From Candidatus Sulfopaludibacter sp. SbA3 (GTDB taxonomy: Bacteria > Pseudomonadota > Alphaproteobacteria > Caulobacterales > Hyphomonadaceae): 64,000 bases of DNA. Under the pieces are notes generated by a model. The model was not told where the DNA came from. It made no database searches and saw only the letters and a list, made by a program, of their open reading frames with translations. Below, piece after piece: positions 20,758 through 31,033 of the stretch. Positions within the stretch are counted from its first letter, which is position 1. Every line of letters begins with the position of its first letter. The translations under genes were made by a program, and so were the position numbers. The DNA lies in assembly GCA_945888325.1 (NCBI GenBank), contig CAMDAC010000013.1:3520-67519 (forward strand), written 5' to 3'.

Positions 20758-21782
20758 CCCTTCAGGAACTTCAGCGCCGCTTTTGCATCGATGCCTTTTG
20801 AGAAGGCGAAGCCCTGTGCGTTGTCGAAGCCTAGCGCGCGCAGGCGGCCGGCGTCTTCGCGTTTCTCGACGCCTTCGGCGGTGGTCGACATGCCGAGGCG
20901 GCTGGCGAGCAGTGTGATGGTCGAGAGGATCGTGTCGGTGCGCGCCTGGCCGAGGCGGGCGGTGAGGCCGTGGTCGATCTTGAGGCTGTCGAACGGCAGG
21001 TCCGCGAGCCAGGCGAACGAGGAATGGCCGGTGCCGAAATCGTCGAGCACGAGGCCGGCGCCGACGGCCTTCAACGCCATCGCGGCGGCCAGTGAGTTGG
21101 CTTCGTCGCGCAGCGCCGCCTGTTCGGTCAGCTCGATGCGGATCGCCCGTTTCGGCAGGGCGTAGCTGTTGGTCAGCGCGTCGATCAGCGCAGGGATGGT
21201 GCTCTTGGTGAGTTCGCGCGCGGTGAGGTTGACGTGCACGAAGAGGTCGTCGCGCTTGGCTTCGCGGCGCAGGTCCGAGAGGGTCTCGGCCGCGCGGATC
21301 AGCATGTTGGAGGCGAGCGCCTGGTCTTCCCAGCGGCTCGGCGGCGTCGTGAGGCCCGGGCCGGTCCAGCGGGCGAGCGCCTCGAAGCCGACGACGCGGC
21401 CATCGCGCAGCGAGATGATCGGCTGGTAGACGGGCACGAGATCCGGGCCGGGCTTCAGGTCGATCGGATCGAATTCCGGGAAGTCCTCGCCCGTGAGCAG
21501 CATGCCGCGGGCTTCGGTCTCGCTGATGAAGGCGCCGACGAGGTGGATGTCATGGCCATTGGACAGGCGCAGCGGGCAGCGCACCGGTCCGTCGCCCGGC
21601 GCGAATACGCGGCCCAAGCGGCCCCGGCTCAGGCCCTCCAGCATCTTTTCCAGCGCATCAATGGACCAGACGCCGCCGAGTTCGGACAGCGTCGTGCCCG
21701 ACGGCGCCTCGATTTCGAGACGGCCCGGCTCGGAGCGCCAGTGCCAGCTGCCTTGAGCCTGGACGGGTTTTGCAAGTGCCAT
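20754..21782 (-). CDS. EAL-domain protein (putative c-di-GMP phosphodiesterase) with an unassigned ~105-aa N-terminal region
   Basis: 342 aa. VVGFEALARW (EAL motif) and DDFGTGHSSF are present. There is no GGDEF domain. Confidence 0.8.
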   Translation of the reverse strand: MALAKPVQAQGSWHWRSEPGRLEIEAPSGTTLSELGGVWSIDALEKMLEGLSRGRLGRVFAPGDGPVRCPLRLSNGHDIHLVGAFISETEARGMLLTGEDFPEFDPIDLKPGPDLVPVYQPIISLRDGRVVGFEALARWTGPGLTTPPSRWEDQALASNMLIRAAETLSDLRREAKRDDLFVHVNLTARELTKSTIPALIDALTNSYALPKRAIRIELTEQAALRDEANSLAAAMALKAVGAGLVLDDFGTGHSSFAWLADLPFDSLKIDHGLTARLGQARTDTILSTITLLASRLGMSTTAEGVEKREDAGRLRALGFDNAQGFAFSKGIDAKAALKFLKG

Positions 21783-21793
21783 GAGGTTGATAC

Positions 21794-22360
21794 CTAACGG
21801 TCTGGTCGCGGCCTGACGAGACCGAAAAGGATGTGGTCGCGGCGGGTGCCGGCGATTTCGAGATAGGCGGTGGCCCGCCCCTCTTCAGCAAATCCCGTGC
21901 CCTCCAGAACGCGCCGCGAGCGCGCATTTTCGGGCACGATTCCCGCTTCGATACGCCAGAGGCCGAGATCGCGAAACGCCCATGTGCAGGCGGCGGACAC
22001 CGCTTCGCGCATGTAGCCCTGCCCTTCGAAGCCTTCGCCCTGCCAGTAACCAAGGCTCGCGCTGTCCGCCGGCCAGGGCCGCATCTGCGTGAAGGAGAGG
22101 CCGCCGACCAGGGCATTGTCGCTGAGGCGGCGGATGAAGAGGATATACGCGCTGCCGGTTTTCCAAGCGGAGGTCCAGGCCGAGAGACGGCGGTTCCAGT
22201 CGCGCCGCGAGAGGGCGTCCGACGGCCAGGACGGCTCCCAAGGCTCGATGTAGTTGCGGCTGACGCGGCGCAGCTCAGCCCAGTCAGCGAAGTCCTGACG
22301 GCGGGCCGGCATTAGCGCGAGGCAGGGCGTCGTGATCACGGTATCGAGCGGCGCGCCCAT
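21794..22360 (-). CDS. GNAT acetyltransferase (RimJ/RimL-like)
   Basis: 188 aa. GYWQGEGFEGQGYMREAVSA is typical of RimJ-like GNATs. Confidence 0.7.
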   Translation of the reverse strand: MGAPLDTVITTPCLALMPARRQDFADWAELRRVSRNYIEPWEPSWPSDALSRRDWNRRLSAWTSAWKTGSAYILFIRRLSDNALVGGLSFTQMRPWPADSASLGYWQGEGFEGQGYMREAVSAACTWAFRDLGLWRIEAGIVPENARSRRVLEGTGFAEEGRATAYLEIAGTRRDHILFGLVRPRPDR

Positions 22361-22369
22361 GCGGCGGGC

Positions 22370-23749
22370 TCAGCGCGCGAATTGGAGAATGCGCGTTCGC
22401 ACGGCGCCGAGATCGGATGGCAGGCGCTCGAACACTTCGCCGCGCCCTTGCAGCGCCTCGCAGCGGGGCGGCAGCGGGGCGTCATGATGCGTGGCTTCGG
22501 CGACCGTTTCCGGAAACTTCGACGCGGCGGCGGTGGACAGCACGACGGTGGCGACGTCCTTCTTCGGCAGGCGCCGCGCGAGCGCTGTGCCAACCGCCGT
22601 ATGCGGACAGATCAGCCAGCCGGTTTCCTTCCGGAAGCGCTCCATCTCGGCGAGCGTCTCGCCATTGTTGATCGAGGCCGCGGAGAGGCCGGAGCAGCTG
22701 AGCTTCGTCTGCGCGCCGTCCGGCAGCGCCGCGTCGCCCGATTGTGCGTAGGCGGCATAGGTGCGGCGGATGGCTTCGGAGTCGCGCCCGGTGATCTCGT
22801 AGAGGACGCGCTCGAAGTTCGAGGGCACGGAAATGTCCATCGCCGGGCTGGGCGTTGCGACCGCCGCCGTGCGCGTCATCCGTCCGGTGTTGAACAGGCG
22901 CGCCAAGGCGTCGTTCTCGTTGACGGCGCAGATCGCTTCGAAGCCGCCGGTCAGCAGGCCGCAGCGCGCGGCGACATAGCCTGCCAGCGCGTCCCCCATG
23001 TTGCCGCTTGGGACGATATAGCGGATCGGCGCCCCGCGCAGCTGGGCCTGGCTGGTCGCGTAATAGACCGACTGCGCTGCGATGCGCGCCCAGTTGATCG
23101 AGTTGACGCCGGAGAGGTTCACGGTGCGCGCGAAGGCCAGGTCCGCGAACAGCGATTTGACGATCGCCTGCGCGTCATCGAAGTCACTGTCGGTGGCGAT
23201 GTTGAGGATGTTGGCGGCGCCGGTCGTCGTCATGAACAGGCGCTGCACCGGTGAGACACGCTCATGCGGATGCAGGATCACGAGGCGCGATTGCTTCGCT
23301 CCCGCGAAGGCCGCTGCGGCCGCGCCGCCGGTATCGCCGGACGTCGCGCAGACCACCGTCAGCGTCTCGCCGGACTTGGCCAGCAGGTAGTCGTACAGCT
23401 TCGCGATCAGCTGCATCGCGACGTCCTTGAACGCCAGCGTCGGGCCGTGGTGCAGCTCCATCAGCCAGCTGTCCGGCCCCCACTGCGTCAGCGGCGCAAC
23501 CGACTGGTGCGCGAAGCTCGCATAGGCATCGCGGCAGATCTTCTGCACGTCTGCTTCCGGGATCGCGTCGCCCGCAAAGGCCGAGATGATGCGCGCCGCC
23601 ACGTCGGCATAAGGCTCGCCGAACCGGGCCGGCTCGATGCGCGGCCATTCCTTCGGAACGTAGAGGCCGCCATCCGGCGCGAGGCCGGCCAGACAGGCCT
23701 CGGCAAAGCCGGTTTCCGGCGCTTCGCCGCGAGTGGAGACGTATTTCAC
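22370..23749 (-). CDS. thrC: Threonine synthase
   Basis: GTG start at 23749 (VKYVSTRGEAP) within track ORF 22370..24349, giving a 4-nt overlap with the SURF1 stop. PLP-lysine context PTLAFKDVAMQ. 459 aa. Confidence 0.9.
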   Translation of the reverse strand: MKYVSTRGEAPETGFAEACLAGLAPDGGLYVPKEWPRIEPARFGEPYADVAARIISAFAGDAIPEADVQKICRDAYASFAHQSVAPLTQWGPDSWLMELHHGPTLAFKDVAMQLIAKLYDYLLAKSGETLTVVCATSGDTGGAAAAAFAGAKQSRLVILHPHERVSPVQRLFMTTTGAANILNIATDSDFDDAQAIVKSLFADLAFARTVNLSGVNSINWARIAAQSVYYATSQAQLRGAPIRYIVPSGNMGDALAGYVAARCGLLTGGFEAICAVNENDALARLFNTGRMTRTAAVATPSPAMDISVPSNFERVLYEITGRDSEAIRRTYAAYAQSGDAALPDGAQTKLSCSGLSAASINNGETLAEMERFRKETGWLICPHTAVGTALARRLPKKDVATVVLSTAAASKFPETVAEATHHDAPLPPRCEALQGRGEVFERLPSDLGAVRTRILQFAR

Positions 23750-24429
23750 GGGTTGGGTGTTCCCCTGAAGCGGAGGCGTCCGCGCTGATGATGCAGGGCG
23801 AGATACACACCGATCAGCCCGATGGCGAGACCCCACCAGGTCAGCGCATAGCCGAAATGGCGTTCCGGCGGCAGGCGTTCGTTCAGCTGGGGCTGGGCGA
23901 AGGGGTTCACCACCGGCTCCGGCATGGCGCCGTCGGTGCGCAGCAGGGTCTCCGGCTCGAACACGCGCGGGCCGACCTTTGCGGCGAGATCGGCGGGCAG
24001 CGTCTTGGCGAGCTCGACCGGATCGAACGAGTAAAACAGTCCGGCAGCCGGGTCGTCCTCGGTGGAGAAAGCGTTGCGATGGCCCGGCTCGTGCCAGATG
24101 CCGCGCGCGGAGAAGAACTGCGGCGCGGAGACCAGTGTCGGGACGGGGGCGTCCATCCCGTAGTGCAGCGTCTGCGCCACGAAGGCGGCGCCGTCGGCTG
24201 TCTCGACGAGGACGACATCCCGCCAGGCCGCGCTGCCGCCGGTGAGCGAGTAGACCTGCCGCACGGTGCCCGGCAGCAGGGAGCCCGAAACGGTGGTCCA
24301 TTCCGGCTCGGCGTCTACCAGCGCCATCTTTTCGTGATACCGGCTCCACTGCCAGTTCCCGAACATGATCAGGATCACGACCGAGACGGCCGTGAACAGC
24401 GTCAGGATTGGATAGGGCTTGAAGGTCAT
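23746..24429 (-). CDS. SURF1 family cytochrome oxidase biogenesis protein
   Basis: 227 aa with N- and C-terminal TM helices. GNWQWSRYHEK is typical of SURF1. Position follows ctaE. Confidence 0.8.
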   Translation of the reverse strand: MTFKPYPILTLFTAVSVVILIMFGNWQWSRYHEKMALVDAEPEWTTVSGSLLPGTVRQVYSLTGGSAAWRDVVLVETADGAAFVAQTLHYGMDAPVPTLVSAPQFFSARGIWHEPGHRNAFSTEDDPAAGLFYSFDPVELAKTLPADLAAKVGPRVFEPETLLRTDGAMPEPVVNPFAQPQLNERLPPERHFGYALTWWGLAIGLIGVYLALHHQRGRLRFRGTPNP

Positions 24430-24517
24430 GGGTCTTGTCCTTCCCGGAAAGTCAAAAGCCCGCCGGACGCTTGTCGCACCGGCGGGCTTTCAATGAGCTG
24501 CAGTGGCCTGCGCCGTA

Positions 24518-25396
24518 TTACTTGCCCGCTTCGAAGACGAGGTAGGGCGTGACGTAGACGAAGGCGAAGAGGAAGAGCCACACCACGTCCACGAAGTGCC
24601 AGTACCAGGCGGCGAATTCGAAGCCGAGGTGCTTCTTCGGGGTCAGGTTGCCTGCGTACATGCGGATCAGGCAGACGGTCAGGAAGATCGTGCCGATGAC
24701 GACGTGGGCGCCGTGGAAGCCGGTGGCCATGAAGAAGGCCGAACCGTACAGCGTGCCGTCATAGGTGAAGCCCGCATGGCTGTACTCGACGACCTGAAGC
24801 GCGGTGAAGGCCATACCGAGGACGATGGTGATGAACAGGCCGAGTTTAGCGCCCTTCATGTCGCCGTGCTGCAGCGCGTGGTGCGCCCAGGTGACCGTGG
24901 TGCCCGACAGCAGCAGGATCAGGGTGTTCATCAGCGGCAGGTGGAAGGGGTCAAACGTCGTCACGCCTTCAGGCGGGAACTGCTTGAAGCGCTCAAGACC
25001 TTCCTGGAAGATCGGGTTGGCCGCGTCCCAGGTGCCGCCGACGCGGGCATCCGAGAAGATCGAGAATTCGAAGAAGCCCCAGAACCAGGCCACGAAGAAC
25101 ATGATTTCCGAGACGATGAAGAGAATCATGCCGTAGCGCAGGCCGATCTCGACGACCGGCGTATGGTCGCCCGTGCGGCCTTCTTTCACGACGCTGGCCC
25201 ACCAGCCGAACATCACCCAGAAGACCATGGCGAAGCCGATGGCCATCAGCCACCAGGTGCCTTCCGGCATGCCGAACAGGCCCTTCATGTAGGTGACCGC
25301 GCCGATCGCCAGCGTCAAAACCGCCAACGAGCCGAGCAGCGGCCAGGGCGAAGGATTTACGAGGTGGTAGTCGTGTTTTACGTCGCCGCCGGACAT
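24518..25396 (-). CDS. ctaE: Cytochrome c oxidase subunit III
   Basis: ATG 25396 (MSGGDVKHDYHLVNPSPWP); the track start 25405 is a TTG. Seven TM helices, with the characteristic HFVDVVWLFLF near the C-terminus. Confidence 0.9.
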   Translation of the reverse strand: MSGGDVKHDYHLVNPSPWPLLGSLAVLTLAIGAVTYMKGLFGMPEGTWWLMAIGFAMVFWVMFGWWASVVKEGRTGDHTPVVEIGLRYGMILFIVSEIMFFVAWFWGFFEFSIFSDARVGGTWDAANPIFQEGLERFKQFPPEGVTTFDPFHLPLMNTLILLLSGTTVTWAHHALQHGDMKGAKLGLFITIVLGMAFTALQVVEYSHAGFTYDGTLYGSAFFMATGFHGAHVVIGTIFLTVCLIRMYAGNLTPKKHLGFEFAAWYWHFVDVVWLFLFAFVYVTPYLVFEAGK

Positions 25397-25470
25397 GAGT
25401 GTCAAATCCCCTCTGGAATCCCTGAACTTTGGGGCTGTTTAACGTGCGCCCCGGCCACGTTGCAACCGAT

Positions 25471-26064
25471 TCAGCCGGGTGCTGCCGAATTCGCCGCACC
25501 CTCAGGCACCGCCTGGACGGCAGCCTGGTTGCGCGGACCTGAATACGCCGAACTGTCAAAGAAAGTGTAGCTGAGCGTGATCGTCTCGATCTGCCCGGCC
25601 AGACGGTCTTCGATCATGTCCGGCGAGACGAAGTAAACCACCGGCAGCTTGCGCGTCTCGCCGGGCGCGATCACCCGCTCCGAGAAGCAGAAACACTCCA
25701 GCTTGTTGAAGTACGGACCCGCATTGTGCGGTGTCACGTTGTAGCTCGCGATGACGCGCACTTCCTGCTGGGTCGGGTTGGTGACCTCATAGAAAGCGAG
25801 GCCGTGCTGGCCGATCTGGACGGTTTGCGTCGTCTGCAGGGCGCGGAACAGCAGCGGCGCATCGGCGACGTTGGCGTCAAAGCGCACCTCGATGGACTGG
25901 TCCAGGATGCCTGCCGGGCCTTCGGTGGCGATTCGGGTGGTGCCGCCGAAGCCGGTGACCTTGCAGAACGCGTCGTAGAGCGGGGCAGACGCAAAGGCGA
26001 GGCCGAGCATGCCCAGCGTCCCGGCGGCGGCGATTCCTGCGAGGGTGCCGTTCGACAGGGCCAT
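25471..26064 (-). CDS. ctaG: Cytochrome c oxidase assembly protein CtaG/Cox11
   Basis: ATG 26064 within track ORF 25471..26160. Copper-binding CFCF motif (LECFCFSERV). One N-terminal TM. Confidence 0.85.
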   Translation of the reverse strand: MALSNGTLAGIAAAGTLGMLGLAFASAPLYDAFCKVTGFGGTTRIATEGPAGILDQSIEVRFDANVADAPLLFRALQTTQTVQIGQHGLAFYEVTNPTQQEVRVIASYNVTPHNAGPYFNKLECFCFSERVIAPGETRKLPVVYFVSPDMIEDRLAGQIETITLSYTFFDSSAYSGPRNQAAVQAVPEGAANSAAPG

Positions 26065-26234
26065 CACATGCGCTCCGACACGCCGGTGCCGGTATGCAGG
26101 CGGATCACGGTGGTGACCATCACCAGCACCACGAACGCCGCCAGCGCGAGGCCGAGCCAAAGGTTGCGGCGCTTGCGGGCCTTCAGGGCCTCGGCGTCGA
26201 GTTGCGGCACGGCAGGATCAGGCGTTTCGGCCAT
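26064..26234 (-). CDS. 56-aa single-TM protein between ctaB and ctaG (absent from the ORF track)
   Basis: My translation: MAETPDPAVPQLDAEALKARKRRNLWLGLALAAFVVLVMVTTVIRLHTGTGVSERM. The ATG is 1 nt after the ctaB stop, and the TGA shares one nt with the ctaG ATG. Confidence 0.55.
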   Translation of the reverse strand: MAETPDPAVPQLDAEALKARKRRNLWLGLALAAFVVLVMVTTVIRLHTGTGVSERM

Positions 26235-26235
26235 G

Positions 26236-27189
26236 TCAGGTACCCGTCAACGGAAAGTGAAGCCCGGCCGCATGCTCGACGAGCACAGCGCCGAACAGGG
26301 CGAACAGATACAGGATCGAGAACACGAACGTGTTCTTGGCGAGTTTCATGTCGGCGCCGGTGGAGGTCGCATCGCCGGCATTCGACCGGATGAGACGCAC
26401 GGCGTAGGCGAGGAAAGTTGCGCCGAGGCCGAGGGCGGCGGCGCCGTAGATCCAGCCGCCGAGACCGGTGGCGAGCGGCAGCAGCGAGACCGGCACGAGC
26501 ACGAGCGTGTAGATCAGGATCTGCTGGCGCGTGACCTTGGCGCCGTGCGTGACCGGCAGCATCGGCACCGAGACCTTGGCGTATTCCTTGTGCGCGAGAA
26601 GCGACAGCGCCCAGAAGTGCGGCGGGGTCCAGAAGAAGATGATAGCGAACAGGATCCAGGCGTCGAGCGGCATGTTGCCGGTGACGGCGGCCCAGCCGAT
26701 GACCGGCGGGAAGGCCCCTGCACCGCCGCCGATGACGATATTCTGCGGCGTCGCCCGCTTCAGCCACATCGTGTAGATGACGCCGTAGTAGAAGATCGAG
26801 AACGCGAGCAGCCCGGCGGCCAGCCAGTTCGAGGCCAGCCACATCAGCATCACCGACACGCCGGACATGATCAGGCCGAGCGCCAACGCTTCCTCGCGCG
26901 GTACGGCGCCGGACGGGATCGGCCGGGTAGAGGTGCGCGTCATGACGGCGTCGATGTCAGAATCGTACCACATGTTGATCGCGCCCGCCGCGCCGGAGCC
27001 GAGCGCCACGGCGAGCGTGGCAATGGCGGCCATCGCGGGGTGCATCGTGATGCCGGTCATGCTGGAGGCGGCCACGAGACCCGCAAAGCCCGTGAACACC
27101 ACCAGCATCATGATGCGGGGCTTCATCAGGTTCAGGTAGTCCACCGCGGTGGCGTGGCGCTTCTGCGGGAGGATGACGGCGTCGGACAT
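26236..27189 (-). CDS. ctaB: Protoheme IX farnesyltransferase (heme O synthase)
   Basis: UbiA-superfamily polytopic protein in the cta cluster. The start is ATG 27189 (MSDAVILPQKRHATAVDYLNLMKPRI) or the upstream track start at 27231. Confidence 0.9.
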   Translation of the reverse strand: MSDAVILPQKRHATAVDYLNLMKPRIMMLVVFTGFAGLVAASSMTGITMHPAMAAIATLAVALGSGAAGAINMWYDSDIDAVMTRTSTRPIPSGAVPREEALALGLIMSGVSVMLMWLASNWLAAGLLAFSIFYYGVIYTMWLKRATPQNIVIGGGAGAFPPVIGWAAVTGNMPLDAWILFAIIFFWTPPHFWALSLLAHKEYAKVSVPMLPVTHGAKVTRQQILIYTLVLVPVSLLPLATGLGGWIYGAAALGLGATFLAYAVRLIRSNAGDATSTGADMKLAKNTFVFSILYLFALFGAVLVEHAAGLHFPLTGT

Positions 27190-27299
27190 GGCGTTTGTGT
27201 CTCGGACTTCTGTTGACGAAACGGCCCGCACGCCTTGCGCGTGAGGGCCGCCCCGGAGTTCAAGTCTTGTCCGGCCCGGAGCGGCGGGCCGTGATCAGG

Positions 27300-28991
<1,692 letters not shown>

Positions 28992-29009
28992 TTACTCTTC
29001 TTCGTGAAA

Positions 29010-29975
29010 TCAGTTGGAGGAAGCAAACTGGGTGTCGGACTCGAGCGCCGCGACTTCGCGCACCGACGCGGCGGCCGCGTCGAAATCGCCGGTCTTCATC
29101 AGCTCGGCCCAGCGATCAAACTGCGCCTGCGTGACGACGCGCACTTCGATCGGCATGTAGGCGTGGTCAATGCCGCAGATCTCGGAACATTGGCCGTAAT
29201 AGACGCCGGGCTCATCGACGAGGAACCAGCCTTCGTTCAGGCGGCCCGGGATGGCATCGGTCTTGACGGCAAAGGCTGGCACCGTGAACGCGTGGATCAC
29301 GTCAGCTGCCGCGGTGTAGTAGCGGATGTAGCGCCCGGCCGGGATGACCATCGGATAGTCGGTCGCAAGGTTGCGCGGGCCAACATCGACGGGATCGCTC
29401 GCGCGGCCCTTGTGCAGGCCGTTCGAGACGAACTCGAGCGCGCTGCCCGACTCGTCCTGGATGTCCATGTAGGTGTAGGTCCAGTTCCACTGGTTGCCCT
29501 GGATCTTGACGTTGACGAAGCCTTTCTCGGCGGCGTCCGGGAAGTGGTTCTTGGTGTAGGCCAGGTGCTCGGCCGTCTTGCCCTCGGCGAGCAGCGCATT
29601 GGAGGTGGCTGCGATCTGGCCAAGGTTCGGCGTGACGTTCTGGTAGTAGAGGTTCGGGAACGAGAGGCTGGCGATGCCGACGAGGATGAGCGCCGGGACG
29701 ACGGTCCAGATCACTTCAACCGTGGTGTTGTGGCTGAACTTGCGCGGCGTCTTGTTGGCGGCCTTGCTGTAGCGGATCATCACCCAGACCAGCAGCACGG
29801 TCACCAGGGCGGTGATCAGCGTGATGATCCAGAGAAGGACGTTGTGGAACTCGTGCACGCGTTCCGCGATGCGAGTCGCCGCCGGCTGGAAATTTAGGGC
29901 GCCATCTTCTGGCAGGGCGGCCCAGGCTGGGGCGGCAAACAGGCAGGCGGACAGGGCGGCAGTCAGGTGTCGCAC
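29010..29975 (-). CDS. ctaC: Cytochrome c oxidase subunit II
   Basis: CuA motif CSEICGIDHAYMP. I prefer the GTG at 29975 (VRHLTAALSACLFAAPAWA signal), which has GAGG 9 nt upstream. The track ORF extends to 30116. Confidence 0.9.
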   Translation of the reverse strand: MRHLTAALSACLFAAPAWAALPEDGALNFQPAATRIAERVHEFHNVLLWIITLITALVTVLLVWVMIRYSKAANKTPRKFSHNTTVEVIWTVVPALILVGIASLSFPNLYYQNVTPNLGQIAATSNALLAEGKTAEHLAYTKNHFPDAAEKGFVNVKIQGNQWNWTYTYMDIQDESGSALEFVSNGLHKGRASDPVDVGPRNLATDYPMVIPAGRYIRYYTAAADVIHAFTVPAFAVKTDAIPGRLNEGWFLVDEPGVYYGQCSEICGIDHAYMPIEVRVVTQAQFDRWAELMKTGDFDAAAASVREVAALESDTQFASSN

Positions 29976-30131
29976 GATATAAAACCTCGGTTCCGTTCGG
30001 ATTCGGGCACTTCCTATACCAGCCTCGTCCTTTCCCCCAGTCCTTTCCACGCTCAAAATTGTCGCAGCGCATCGCCGCACAGGCGAAGTTGTGCTACATC
30101 CGGCGCAACGAAACACTCAGGGAGACGACCC

Positions 30132-30683
30132 ATGTTCCGCGCCCTCGTTCTGGCCGCTGCCGCCGCAACCCTCGCCCCGATCGCCGGCGCCCAGGTCACC
30201 GTGATTGGCGGCGGCATCGCCCGCGATTGCTATGAAGCGGTCAAATTCAACCTCGGCCGGCCTGCGGACGCCGAAGCGCTGTGCACCCGCGCGATCCAGC
30301 TCGAAGCGCTGAATGTCCAGAACAAGGCGGCGACGTTCACGAATCGCGGCGTGCTGCGCATGCGTCAGGGCGACTATGATGCCGCGCTCGCCGATTATGC
30401 CGCGGCCAAGAAGATGCAGCCCGATACGGGCGCAACCTGGCTCAACGAAGGCGCGGCCTTCATCTTCAAAAAGGACTTCAACTCGGCGCTGGTTTCACTT
30501 GAGAAGGCCATCGAGCTGAATTCGGAAGACCTCTACGCCGCCTATTACAACCGCGCGATCGCGCGCGAGAACACGGGCGATGTGCAAGGCGCCTACTATG
30601 ACTTCGTGAAATCGAAGGAATTGAACCCTGAGTTCGAGGCGACCGACCGGCAGCTGGCGCGGTTCACGGTGACGATGAATTAA
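30132..30683 (+). CDS. Secreted TPR-repeat protein
   Basis: ATG 30132 within track ORF 29967..30683. Signal peptide MFRALVLAAAAATLAPIAGAQV. TPR-like repeats (GDYDAALADYAAAKKMQP, YYNRAIARENTGDVQGAYYDF). Confidence 0.6.
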   Translation: MFRALVLAAAAATLAPIAGAQVTVIGGGIARDCYEAVKFNLGRPADAEALCTRAIQLEALNVQNKAATFTNRGVLRMRQGDYDAALADYAAAKKMQPDTGATWLNEGAAFIFKKDFNSALVSLEKAIELNSEDLYAAYYNRAIARENTGDVQGAYYDFVKSKELNPEFEATDRQLARFTVTMN

Positions 30684-30768
30684 CCACGCCGTTAATATTT
30701 TATCCACACCTGCAACTTTCCCGGAGCCGCTGCGTTTAACTCCCGTGATTTCAACAGGAGTGACGAGG

Positions 30769-30981
30769 ATGAAATTGGTTCTGCTCGTGGCAGCGTTCGT
30801 GGCTCTCGTTGCGGCCGCCGGGTATTACGGTATGGCGCCGCAGATCGCCGAAGGCTTCAAACTTCTCACGCTGGTGTTCGGCGCAGTCTTCATTCTGGGC
30901 AGCATTGCCGGCGGGATCCGTGTCTCCGGCCCGCGCCGTGCGCCCAACCTCATCCCCCGCGTCCGCCGTCATACCGCCTGA
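30769..30981 (+). CDS. Hypothetical small membrane protein (70 aa, two TM)
   Basis: ATG 30769 with AGGAG about 10 nt upstream. Two hydrophobic segments. No family recognised. Confidence 0.4.
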   Translation: MKLVLLVAAFVALVAAAGYYGMAPQIAEGFKLLTLVFGAVFILGSIAGGIRVSGPRRAPNLIPRVRRHTA

Positions 30982-31033
30982 GGCCTGAACCTTCCGGCTT
31001 GCAGCGCGGCGCGGACGGCCACATGTTGCACGG

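Noticed and set aside
23750-24349. A 200-codon upstream extension of the thrC track ORF.
   Set aside because: It overlaps SURF1 out of frame and is Arg-rich nonsense-like sequence. The conserved threonine synthase N-terminus (KYVSTRG) starts at GTG 23749, with the typical 4-nt overlap.
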